A stretch of DNA of 56,668 bases, filler included, from Trypethelium eluteriae (Eukaryota), in NCBI GenBank assembly GCA_051942245.1. It is 2 parts of 2 records of this genome, joined end to end, with 100 filler letters (N's around TTAATTAATTAA, not from the genome) between each part and the next. Parts side by side here need not be neighbours in the genome. Positions count along the whole stretch, not along the records: positions 1 to 28,295 come from JAVECL010000314.1; positions 28,396 to 56,668 come from JAVECL010000315.1. One strand, 5' to 3'. Positions within the stretch are counted from its first letter, which is position 1. Each line of letters opens with the position of its first letter. The notes beneath the pieces are model-generated. The model made no database searches. It had not been told where the DNA came from and worked only from the letters and a program-made list of their open reading frames with translations. Shown here in pieces: positions 24,908 to 36,229 of this stretch. Made by a program: the position numbers and the translations under genes.

Positions 24908-26820
24908 ACATCTCTTTCGGAACATTTACGGCCTTTAATCGATAATGGAAATCCTCGTTTACTCTTCTACACTTTGACTTGCTTTGCCATCGAGTGCCAT
25001 TTCTTTTCAATTCAATTCGATTCGATTCAAATTTGTCGCCGACGGTGAAATTTACATGCGCCTCTTGCTTTTCAGCTTCGATTGTATTTTTGCCAAGCTC
25101 GAGCCTTGTCGCGCTGGCGCAGGCAAATTTCCAAGCTCACGTTCTCCATATCAAGTGCTGCACATACGGCTAACACGGCTATATTTCCTTCTTGTTACAC
25201 ATTCTCCAATCTTTTCACTAGGGCTGGGACTTTACGCTCAAGGGTTTTCGGTGTATGGGTGCATACAGAAAGGTGAATGGGCAGGTAAAAAAACAGCCAC
25301 GGCATCAACGAGACCGTGTGGTGGAGGTATGGGCGCCAGGGGGTTTTTTGCAGCTAAGAGGAACCTACCCAGAGTTTACTTTGATGTACATAACCATAAT
25401 CGCGCTCCTAGTGTCTAAGGCGGATATACGGATCTGCAACTCAATCACAGAGAAATCACAAAATTTTTGGGTGATGAAGTCTTTTTTGAATCATGTGAGG
25501 ATTAGCGGCCTGGTCGGCTTGGTTTTTCGAAACCGTCTAGAAAGAGAGTTTGCCCATCTACGGCAGAAACAGTCAGACCTTGACCCCGGCCTGCCACCCA
25601 CGCCACCCTCCTGTTGCCATCTTTTTGCTATCAGACGCGTTTGAATCCTTAAGTCCCCAGCCATCATTACGTACATGACTTCGCTTCCAAGGCATCCGGG
25701 GCAGAATGCACCCAGTATGAACCCATCACAGACAACACTTCCCAAGTAGCATGCAGCCGAGTGGACGCCGAGAGTACACTGTCTACTACATGACGTCTAT
25801 CTACCAAGGTACAGTCTCCAATGCTACACCAATATGCCCTTGGAGCCATATGGGGCAATATGTAGAAAATCTCTTAAGGAAACCTTACGGACGGCTTACA
25901 AGTTCTTGAATTTCTCACGAAACTTTTCGAATGTACGCCAAACAACTTGGCTGAGTATTGACTTGCTTCCAGCTCGACCCTCAGGGTTTTCCCACCACCC
26001 TCCCAAGGGATTGGCCTCGACACGGCTGAAACAGCGCGATTTAAGTGAACTGGACCAACGAGACAAAAGGTAATCCACTGGGAATTTAATTGTGCTAAGT
26101 ACTTGGACAGCTTGCCGTTTGCTGCATGCCATTTAACACCTAAATCTCCTATCTTCTCTGGTTGACGATCTCACTGGCGTGGCGCCAAACGCCTCAAGTC
26201 GTATTCCAAAACCTGAAGGGCCCCATCTTCACTGGTCGCCTCCGGCATAGTTTCACCCAAGTCCAAAAAGCTTAATTGTCTGTCTAAAACGACAGCCTCT
26301 GCTCTCGTTGGTCGCCATCCTGGTCGGCTTGCAGCGGTCTTTGTGCCACAATGTGTAATAGTTCTCCTGTCACGTTTAGGCATGGTAGCTTCGAGTCTTA
26401 TGGAAAACTTCGACGCAGTCTCATCCCGGTTACCACGTAACCAGCCTTTTTGGATGCCCGTCTCGTAAGCTAGAACTTCTGGCCGCTGGAAAGATGTGCC
26501 ATCACTGCAGGTACAGAAACGCCGATTTCAGACACTTGCTGCAAGCTTTATCCCCCCCCATCACGGCTTCGGATCACACTCCCCAGCTCTACTTTAGGGT
26601 TCGGCTCAAGAGAGATCCAGCGAACTAAATGTGGAGGCTGAGAAAGATAGGGTTTGTTTAGCAGGGACCCGGTTTCGTATATTGTCTAGGCATCTCTTCC
26701 TCCACTCTGCAGTTCTCTCTTTTCCCGCTTTAACTCAGGAACAACCCCATCATTCATGCTCAACGCTCACGCCAGAACACCTCTACTACTACACAAGAAC
26801 ATCTGTCGTCAATACCAAGA

Positions 26821-27521
26821 ATGAAGGCCATAGTGCCACACATATTTACTGTCTTCACATTCGTGGGTATTGCCTTGGGCCAGGGCGGAGTCTCAAATGG
26901 TCTTCCAAGTTGTTCGGTAAGTGGCAATGATTTCCTCGATACCATGACCTTGAAGCTGATTATCGGCATCACACAGCTTGGCTGCTTCCAGCAAGCCGTC
27001 AACGAGAGTGGGTGTGCTGTAACGGATACCTTCTGCCAATGTACGACCGGAAAGGATGTCATTACAGACCAGGTGACGGTATGCCTCGAGTCAGGTCAAA
27101 GCAGTTGCTCTGGATCAGATCTTGAAGGTCAGTCTCACATAAACTACTAATTGCTGTGCTTCATCTCGTCAATGACCTTGTCAAATTGGATGGTATCTCG
27201 CTGGCCTTCAAAGCTAACGCTGCTTGCTTTCTAGACGTCATCTCAAGATCCAGTGCAATTTGCTCCTCCGTCCTCGCAGCTGGTCCACCAAAATCCTCGA
27301 CTACCACATCAGCTTCTAGTTCAACATCGTCGCCAGCAAGCAAACTCGCTGCAGATGCTACGCTCACGATGAGTGTAGCCCCGAGCGGGGCTGTCCTATC
27401 GAGTACGACTTCTGCGCCCGCAGCATCTTTGACAGCAGCAGCAACAACGAATTTTGGTGTCGAATATAGAGGTGTCGGACTGGGGCTCTTGGGAGCTATC
27501 ATGGGATTGCTTGCATTTTAA
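26821..27521 (+). CDS. Secreted CFEM-domain protein with Ser/Thr-rich stalk and GPI-anchor signal, 3 exons
   Basis: Signal peptide MKAIVPHIFTVFTFVGIALG; 8 Cys in CFEM spacing (LPSCS|LGCF..SGCAVTDTFCQC..VTVCL..SCSGSDLE|DVISRSSAIC); hydrophobic C-terminus GLGLLGAIMGLLAF. Confidence 0.85.
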
Positions 27522-27705
27522 GATGCAAAATAAAAGATAGAACGGGAGGCACACTCTGCTGTATTAGTCCGGGTAAAACAGAACCGGCAGACTTGACTTG
27601 TACATGTCTCTTTTTACGGTATCATGAAAATTTTAGCTCTATGTTGAGGCCTTAATAAGGAATGCCTCATCTTTTCTTGACCGGTTTGCTGTACACACCT
27701 GAGAG

Positions 27706-28295
27706 TCATCCTTCCTTGCCAGTCATGTCAAAGACATTGAGCCATTTGCTTGACCAGTCTGAAAACTCGTCCGTTTGTCCCTGCCAGTTGCGAGAGACAC
27801 ATTCGATCGTACGTTGAGCTCCCTCTCCAAGGGCGTTTAAGACCTTCTGTGCTTGCTCTCCATCTAATTCATAAAATGAACTTGCCATCTCGTCGACCTT
27901 ATCTGGCAGATCTTTGAGCTTCATCACAAGCTCATCCACGCGTAGTGAGACTTTCCCATCAATATCCGGCGGCGGAGGTAATGTTTTCAACCTCCGCTTG
28001 ATAATCGCCTGGAAGAGCGTAACTATCAACTTCACCTTCTTCAGAGTCACGTCCAGCTGCGCGCGAAGCTCCTCGTTACCCTTAGGTAGCTTATCAGCGC
28101 CAAAGATGTCCTGAAGACTGTCACGGTCTCCGTCTTCCTCTCCTTCGTCCCCTTCCTCCTCGTCATCTTCCTCATCCTCATCCTTACCCTCTCCCCAACC
28201 CTTCAGTTCCTCCACCGCATCCTTAACCATCTCCCTCCACTCCTCCGCCTTCTTCACCACCAACCCACTCAACCCCATCCCCGCCACCTCAATCA
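27706..28295 (-). CDS. C-terminal part of a GCIP / cyclin-D1-binding-protein-like protein; 5' part lost at the gap
   Basis: ...GLVVKKAEEWREMVKDAVEELKGW + acidic tract + LKKVKLIVTLFQAIIKRRLK...VDEMASSFYELD. The frame is open up to the N run. Confidence 0.6.
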
Positions 28296-28395
28296 NNNNN
28301 NNNNNNNNNNNNNNNNNNNNNNNNNNNNNNNNNNNNNNNTTAATTAATTAANNNNNNNNNNNNNNNNNNNNNNNNNNNNNNNNNNNNNNNNNNNN
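28296..28395. other. Artificial contig/scaffold linker: 44 N + TTAATTAATTAA + 44 N
   Basis: The 12-mer at 28340-28351 has stop codons in all six frames and is centred in a 100-bp gap. Confidence 0.97.
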
Positions 28396-29350
28396 TATCT
28401 GGGTGAGGGCGAAGGAAAATGAACTAATAACTACAGGGCGTAAGGATCTACATGAAGGGATCCGAGCGCGCGTGAGATGTGGTAAACACCACCTCCGAGG
28501 CTATGTTGATTGGATCTACTTCATGAACAACATCAAGTATAAAGGGTTTAGGCTCTTCGCTCCGCATCTGAACAGGTCTCAAACGTACCTAAAAGCAAAC
28601 AGTCACGCCTATGATGGAGATGGGGGAGGAACAGTGGAGTTTACGGCTCGTTTGGATTCCGACTCGCTGAAAAACCCCTGTGGGGAAAAAGAGTATTCGA
28701 AACTGCGCCCAACACCATCGCAAACCCAAAAGGACGATAGCCCCAAGAACAAAGGAAAAGAAGTAGCCCTAAGTCCTCCCAAAATTCGTCGCGAAAGTGT
28801 CCCATCGCTGGGCACTGAGAGGAGGGTCTTTTGCTGTCACCCTGTGCAGCGGTCGGAGGAATTTTGAAGAGGGAGTTTTGACGGTGATGGAGACCCTGCC
28901 GGGTACCTCGCCAGTATTGTCAGCGGAAGCAAGCCGCGATTTGGGGAGAGAAGGGTTTCGTGGCATCACCCTGCGCGCCTGTCGGAGAGGAGTTTTGGCG
29001 GTGATGTAGCCCTCAAAAGGAACCTCGCCGATGTTGGCTGTAAGAGCGGTACCATGCCGCGTTTTGGGAAGAGGAGGGCTTTCTGGCATCACCCTGAGCG
29101 CCGGTCGAAGAGGAATTTTGGCGGTGATGGAGCCCTCGAAAGGTACCTCGCCAGTATTGTCAATGGGAGCAAGCCGTGAGAAGATGGGAGATCTGGGTTT
29201 TATGGCAACACCCGAACGCCGGTCGGAAGGAGAGGGGATGAGAGACCTGGGTTTCATGGCAGCACCCGAACGCCGGTCGAAGAGATGGTGAAGGTAGGAC
29301 AGAGATTTGAGGGTTTTAAGGCAGCACCCGAACGCCAAGCGGAGATGAAT
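28396..29350 (+). pseudogene. Decayed repeat-containing ORF (three ~120-bp units plus three ~55-60-bp units)
   Basis: The frame of 28403-28867 continues past TGA into the repeats RRVSWHHPARLSERSFGGDVAL / RRAFWHHPERRSKRNFGGDGAL. AAG CCG CGA in one copy is AAG CCG TGA in another. GGCA(A/G)CACCCGAACGCC recurs at about 29203, 29258 and 29320. Confidence 0.4.
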
Positions 29351-30093
29351 GGGAGAGAACAACAATGGTGAACAGTTAAGAGAACCCGTGATAAAGCTGG
29401 ACAATGCCACGATACCACAAGAGTAAGCCAACTACCGCCGAAGCTGTCTGGGGTCAGAATGAACTTGGGGGCGGCCGCTCCTTTTATATTCATATGTCTC
29501 CCACTAGCGATGAGTCGAATCTGCGTATCCACAAAATCTGTTCAGATACTTTGTGACTGATATTTTTCCTTTCCTAAACCCGGTAAGCAATCCCACACCA
29601 GCCTCTGATTCGTTAGAGTAAATGCTTCATCGCCCGTTCCGCTACCTTCAATAGCTTGTCAAATGAGTCGGTCAGATTCTTTACCAAGGTCTAGCATCAT
29701 CTACTGGCATCATCTATTGCCTGTTGGGGCTTTGGCCCTAGCCAGATTACGCTTTATGGATAGACGCAAGTATATCCTTTAAGCAAATCCTTGACTACTC
29801 AACGAATCCTAAGAGACAAAGACTAATCATAAGAAGAAAAAGACTTACTGCCAGGTATTTATGGATTCTGTCTACAACTGCCAGCTTTGCTTCGAAAATT
29901 AACGAGTGCTGGTAATTTCTCACCCGAGCATCAATGGCATTGGTACCTTTTACTGGAGCTTCCAGCTGGGAGACGTTGATGGGCAAGAGGTAGATTAGGG
30001 ATTCTGTGCGAGAAAATGAATGCACTAGCCGAACTCAAGAGGGCTCAACAGATCTGATAAGCGTAAAAGACTACTGTATAGAGGATAGCCAGC

Positions 30094-30972
30094 TCATCGC
30101 TTGAGATCGTGAGTTGCGATCTGAGATACACGGTAGCAGAGATAGGCTGAATGTAGAGAGCCATTGATGAAATTCCGAGAAGTAGCGCCAATTAGTTGAG
30201 TAAACGTTAATAGATCCATAATTAGAAAGGAAGTATAAGCATGGATTAATAGAGTTGGAAAGCAAGTATCAGTGTTAACCAATAGAGTTGGAAACTTTAT
30301 CTGATTGTAACACGAGGCATTGCAGGAACTTAAAAGCACCATGGCTAATGATGAGGATCTTCTCTAAGGGAATCTGAAAATGCCGAGGGGAGTACAACAT
30401 TCGGATTTAAGTTGAGAGGCATTGATCATGTAGAGTACAGGTCTCGGAAGTTCAGGCCGACTGATACACAAGAGATAGGCGTGCATAATGTGGTCGAAAA
30501 GGAGGTTCGAGAGGAGCAAACAGGTTTACGTACTAGAGGTACTAAGGTATGAATCGTTAGCCGCATTACTAAGCGATCGATTCTGGTCGATCCACAAGTC
30601 CGGAAGCCCAGTTAATTTTTTCTCAAATGTCAGCACACCCGTCCGCTCCCTCTCCGCAATGGCCTTCTCCTTAGCCCACGTCTCCCCCAACTGCGCCTTG
30701 CGCATCGCATCGAGCACCGAGGTCTGTGAACCCTCCTTGAGCCAAGTAATGCAAGCAGTAGCCGAGTGCTGCCATTCTCTTTGAATCTCATGGAGGAGCT
30801 GCTACTGAAGCTGTCAAGGGTGCTGCTGCGAGGGGAGCTTTAAGCGGGCGATGAGAGTGGAATTCATCGGAAACTTTAGATTGGCGCTAGCCATCTCGGC
30901 TTTAGCCTTTTGAGTTTGCGCCATAAGAATATTTTGGCTGTTGGCAAGGCTATGTAAATTTAAAATAGCCAT
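30094..30972 (-). pseudogene. Decayed ORF of unknown function (possibly RIP-mutated gene or TE relic)
   Basis: One frame from ATG 30972 runs about 293 codons through track ORFs 30526-30717 and 30094-30342, with four internal stops (TGA, TAG, TAA, TAG). The surrounding sequence is TpA-rich. Confidence 0.4.
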
Positions 30973-31457
30973 TCCGTCCGGGAGATGGTAAAGAAGCCTT
31001 TAGTGCAATGCGAATAACTAGAGTAGCAGACGAAAGAATTTGAATAGGTAGCATGATATGTACAGTACGTATGGGAGCCCTTCGGCATGGCGCAGACTCT
31101 TTGTAGTGAACTCGTGGCAGGTAGTCTGATTTATCAAGTAGAGTAGTGTGTTAACGTTATAGTGACACGGGGTCTTGGTACGCCATGCATTATGGCGATT
31201 GACCAACGTCTTAGAATACATGGGTCATTCACGCGCCAGAGTGCGCTTCTGCTCAATTCTCGTGGCTCATTGACTTCAGCAGCACCGCCAACCTCTGAAC
31301 AACATGCCGTCAAGGTTTGCGCTTGTGCATCATCATTTACCTCATATAAAATTCGCTTCTGAGCAATTTAGGCGTATAAAAAAAACCAAAGCGTACTGCT
31401 GGATACCTAGAAGTACAATTTGGTATTCTAACTCCTGAATAATTTGTTCATGGTAGC

Positions 31458-32588
31458 TCACAATGCAGTGGTCCATACCATTTGAGTGGAAATATGAACT
31501 GCTACCTCGCCCTTGTCATTCAACTCTACATCTTCACCTTCGAGGATTTCTTCCACCCTTCGCTTCGCATTCTAGTCCGTCGCTTTAGCATCTCACTCGA
31601 TCAATGTAGGAATCAAGATGCCTGTCTTACCTGCAACTCATCTTCTCCCAAAGTGGCAACAAAGCTCAACGTGCTGAAGCGCGCCCATATTGTCATCTTC
31701 TCCAACCATTCTGTCTTCATCACAGCTCTTCTCTGAAGTGGTACGGCAAACAGGTCTTGCTTTGGGCTATCGATAATCTCCCCAGTCTCCTGGTGCTCCC
31801 CAAACACAGCCATCCATCTTGGCCTCCGAAAGCTGTGTACCTTGTCATCCAAGCTCCATGCCAGATCTCTGACTTGCGTTTCCCACTTTGTCGCGGGCTG
31901 CCAGTCAGTCGGTGAGTTGACTTAGATATCTACGATCAGCATTACGGAGCCGTGGAATAATTGAATGACTTTGAAATTCCAATACGCACAGTCTTCTTGG
32001 TTCCATAAAAGGAATAGAACTCCGTCTGCGCATAGGACACGGCGAATCTCTCTTAAAGACTCTAGGTTTGCAAACCTTCCAACTATTACCGACTATACCT
32101 AGTCATGGCGGACTTCCGTTAACCGGCTACATATTCTTGCTAACTTACCAGTGAAAGGCCTGGCAGGCGTGAGTCATTAGGAGAAAGTCCATTCGAAATT
32201 AGAAGTTTCTCGGGGCTAATAGCGCATAGATCCGTACCTGAGCGACCACCACGGCATCGGCCCATCCTGTCGCTACATCCTTCATCTGAGCAGCTGTTCC
32301 ATCAGTCGTACATACTCCCTCAAGTTCCTTACTCGCTAAAATTTGTCGCATTTGTGGATGTGGCTCGACAGCTATGATCTGCCGGCCTGCAAGCGGCATC
32401 GCGAGAAGCTCAGTAAACTTTCCAGTCCCCGCAGCTAAGTCCACGATTCGATAGTGACTTTCGCTCTTCTTGTGTAGTAGCTCCGTAAGAAGGTTGATTG
32501 TCTCTGACGGATATGATGGTCGGTACTTCTCGTAGGCCAAAGCATTGTGATAGCCTTCTTCTGCGGTTTGCTCAATAGAAAGCGCCAT
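31458..32588 (-). CDS. Class I SAM-dependent methyltransferase (Methyltransf_11-like), 5 exons including an 11-nt microexon
   Basis: YEKYRPSYP, IVDLAAGTGKFT, IAVEPHPQMR, ADAVVVAQ|AFHW|FANLESLREIRRVL..LLWNQED|Y..., last exon ...VHISTQMVWTTAL*. Microexon at 32149-32159. Confidence 0.85.
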
Positions 32589-33239
32589 GACTATCTTGTA
32601 GAAAGAATGAGAGACTAGAGTACGGTAGCGCATCTCTCAAACAAATACCTGGGATACTCTAGGGTCACGTGAATCGAGGGGTACTATAAGGACGGGAGGT
32701 AAGGTACTATCTGGACTGTTGCTCTCCGCTGCAGGAACAGCGCTAAAGAACGATTGTTTGATTGATTGTACCTTCTGGTAATAATTTTGCTTGTAGCATT
32801 AACATGTTCAATAAGGGAACTCTGAGTTATGCTGAGACTGAAGCTTCGTAACCAATCTCAGTGAATTTCGGTGCGAACTTCCGGCCATGCCTATGCCGCC
32901 TTGTGATCTATGGAGGGCAAAAATCTCGCATGAGACATTTGAGATGCGCATTACTAAAGAGGCTTTTAACCCAGATTTTCGTTGGGCTACATATAGTTTT
33001 ATCGTCGTTGTTTCCTCCGCCTTCGCCTTGAGGGCAAATGAGTGTGATCTTGCTCGTTCTCCAAAGCCATCGTATCAGGACTGACCAAGTTTCCTTCGTC
33101 TTTGCCGGGAATTTATCCCAATACTGGAGGTAATAGTCTAGATTTCATCAAAAATGCCGAATGATGGTAAGAAGGAGCCAGCGAATAAGCTTACTCAGAA
33201 GAGGGATACTCTCATACAGTGATCTACGGCCATCTGCTC

Positions 33240-33683
33240 TTACTGCTTGGAGCTGCTGGCGCTGTCTTCATGGATCTCCTTGTCAAGACTTGGAGCAGCC
33301 CGTTCGAGATTACTAGCTTTGTCTTCGTTGATCTCATAGTTAAAATTTAGAGCATCACGCTTGGAGCTACTTGCACTATCCTCGTGAATCTCAGAATCCA
33401 AGTTTGGAGCGGCACGCTTGGAGCTGCTTGAACTGTCCTCCGAAATCTCATAGTCCAGGCTTGGTGCAGTCCTCTTGGAGCTACTGGCGCTATCTTCAGA
33501 AAGCTCAAAGTCAAGGCTTGGAGCTGCACGCTTCGAGCTACTTGAGCTGTCCTCGATGATCTCAGAATCCAGGCTTGGGGGGGCACGCCCAGTTAAGCTA
33601 CCGGGAAGGGAGGAAAGGGGAGCTCCCACGATGGTAGTTGCAGCAGCGACCAGAACAAGAGTGATTTGGCTGGTGAAACGCAT
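33240..33683 (-). CDS. Kex2-processed repeat protein (KEP), putative RiPP/dikaritin precursor: signal peptide + six 19-aa repeats
   Basis: MRFTSQITLVLVAAATTIVGA..TGR | APPSLDSEIIEDSSSSSKR | AAPSLDFELSEDSASSSKR | TAPSLDYEISEDSSSSSKR | AAPNLDSEIHEDSASSSKR | DALNFNYEINEDKASNLER | AAPSLDKEIHEDSASSSKQ*. Adjacent to a DUF3328 gene. Confidence 0.85.
   Translation of the reverse strand: MRFTSQITLVLVAAATTIVGAPLSSLPGSLTGRAPPSLDSEIIEDSSSSSKRAAPSLDFELSEDSASSSKRTAPSLDYEISEDSSSSSKRAAPNLDSEIHEDSASSSKRDALNFNYEINEDKASNLERAAPSLDKEIHEDSASSSKQ
33243..33584 (-). repeat. Six 57-bp coding tandem repeats
   Basis: Exact 57-nt periodicity encoding the 19-aa units. Confidence 0.92.
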
Positions 33684-34870
33684 GATGAATCAAGATTGAA
33701 GTTGTGTAGGACCAGAATTAATAAGAAGTAAGTCTGCGTGGTTTTGATGGAGAATCAGATGGGTTGCTCAGGAGTTTTAACTGTACTTGCAAGGGGCCTC
33801 TCTTCCTCCAGCATCCCCGACCAAAATGGCTACATGGTTCAACGGAGTCGAGTGACTCCCTGGGCAGGCACCAATAAGAAAATCCGCGCATGCGTGATAA
33901 TCCATGCTCTATATGAACGGTGAAGACCTCAATAACACGCGTCGGTCAGACTTCCTCTGCACCACATGCGGCATGTTTGAGGCAAATGCAGCGATTGCGG
34001 GTGCCTTGGATGGAGGATGCAGAGCTGTTGCCTTGTGGGCTGGAGGATGCAGCGAGCTGGAATTTAGCCTAGTCGTGATCGTGATCGTGATAGGACTGCG
34101 CAAATAAGAGAAGCAAGGAAGGTATGATAACTGAAGGGCCGAGTTACAAGCAAAGTAAGGAGAGGCGTTGAGTGCGGCACGAGCTTAGAGGTAGCGCAGC
34201 CGTTCCCGGCCAGGGTTCCGGCTCCCGGCCGTGCCAGCCGTCGATCGCTTGAAAAGCAAAGACACGAATTTCTGGTACGGTAACGCTAGAGTTACTCTAT
34301 GTATAGAATCCAGAGCTCGATTGACAACGCCGCGCAATACAACATCACTTCAACCCCCTTCCAAAATACTCCAATCGAGGCTTTTAGTGCACGCTAGCAC
34401 AGACGAGCCGTGACAAGGTAGGGGCCGCTCCGTCGACTGTTATTGTACAGATAAGGACCCCTATTCTATTGCTGAGACAGACATGACCCGCGAACGCGGA
34501 ATCGATTGAGCAACAGCTACGATCTCTGTACCTTATCTGCAATTGTCATAGTTGTCACCGAAACAACTATAGGACTGGGTGTGTGTGACAGGATACGTTC
34601 TCCCAATCGCTCCCATCTCTTCTGCCGCTCAGTGCAACAAAAATTCTCGGAAGGCAAGTATCGGCTGCTCTGATGCTAGGCGGAAAAGGCAAGAGGGCTT
34701 TCGAAGTTGATGCCTCATTAGCTACGTTTGCCTAAAAGTGCTGCTGACACGCAGAATCACATGCATACCCCAAACGGCTGTGAGTGATTGGCCAATACTA
34801 TACCGATACATCTTAAAAGGCCCTTCGCAATATCCAACAATCTGCGCCTCATTGTGCAGCAAGATCTAGA

Positions 34871-35806
34871 CTATTCGGCAAATGCATCCTTGTGACCAAA
34901 CTTCTCAAAGTACCTAGTCATCACACCATGGCTGGGATGATCCGTCGGACAGAAGGCAAACTGCTCCAACTTATGCACTGGATCTTTGTACTCGTTAATA
35001 TGCTCGAAGCACGAATGCCTGTCCGGATGACGTGCCCATGCGACGAGACCATCCCAGTCACGACATTCCAGTATCTGACCGTCACCAGTCTTGTGCGCCT
35101 CATTGACAGAGGGCATGGGGGTATCGTCGGCTTTGCATCTGATATCTTGCCGTAAGCTGTCGAGGCAATGATCTACGTGAAATAGAGGCACGGGATTATC
35201 CCGATTCCACGCGTAGTCTCTAATTGCCTTGCGGAGTAATTTCTGCAAATCTCGATCAGTAAAAGCTCCAGAGAGACTGAAAGAGCGGCTCACGAGGCAG
35301 TGCATGGAGTGAAATGCTTTGACCAGGTAGATACCCTTGTCATCATCCCAGAACCAGGGAACGGACCACGAAAGACCTCGTTTGTAGGCCTCTTCATACG
35401 AGAGTGCAATGACCATGGGTGCTGTGTCAATGCTCTCCCACAACTCGTCTGCGAGAGTCTCGTTATCTCCCCAATAGTCGGTCTGGGTGTGGTAGGTTAC
35501 CCCCTTATCGAAACCCAAGCCACCTGAAGACGGTCAGCGAGACCGCTCAGATGAGTTATGTAGCAACTTACTATAGCGAGATGGGCATTGACTGGACGTT
35601 TGGGCATTTCTATGAGAAATTGGATGCTTCAAGAGGAGAATGTTTCCCGTGATTGAAAGCAGGAGACAGAAAGAGAAGATGAGTACAATTACACTGTTAA
35701 AAACAGTATACCGCCCCTCAGTACGCAGCTTGAATTTACCATACTCCTGGGAGTCCCCGTCAGAAAGGGAGAATGACGGTCGTCCGAGCAATTGCTCCTT
35801 GGACAT
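34871..35806 (-). CDS. DUF3328 / UstYa-family oxidase, 3 exons
   Basis: N-terminal TM helix (VIVLIFSFCLLLSITGNILLL); two HXXHC motifs (FHSMHCL and FHVDHCLDSLRQDIRCKADDTPM); GDGQILECRDWDGLVAW. Confidence 0.92.
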
Positions 35807-36229
35807 GATGAGTCAGAAACGATATCGAGGACGCTTTCCAATGTAAAGAGCCGGCACAAAACGAGAACTGGAGTCCTATGAAGGTATGAGCGTCTTCAGG
35901 AGTGAGCTTGGCACTTTATAAGATCTGCCGTTACAACTTGGACAAGGTCACCCCGGGTCTTGTTTGATGGGTCCATCACACGGCAGTATATGCCTTATGC
36001 AGTCATCATGCATTTCCTGAAGGCTGACACGATAATTTTCAAGTATACCAAGCAATGGTTCGACAAGCTTTTGACGATATTTACCGCTACACAATACCCT
36101 CAAACTTACAAAACCAGTGCTTCTAAAACCATGGTGGCCTCTGTTACATTTTTTCCTGCAAAGAAGACGCTGAACATGCTGAGCCTCAGACTCGTCTCAA
36201 TCCTCAGAGACCACAGCAGGTAGTCACAC

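Noticed and set aside
28340..28351. TTAATTAATTAA as a biological palindrome
   Set aside because: It is centred in the N run and is a standard assembly spacer.
33240..33683. Alpha-factor-type mating pheromone precursor
   Set aside because: The Kex2/Ste13 layout is similar, but the repeats are acidic, Ser-rich and non-identical, and lack the Trp/Cys/Gly-Gln-Pro character of Pezizomycotina alpha pheromones. The DUF3328 neighbour favours a RiPP.
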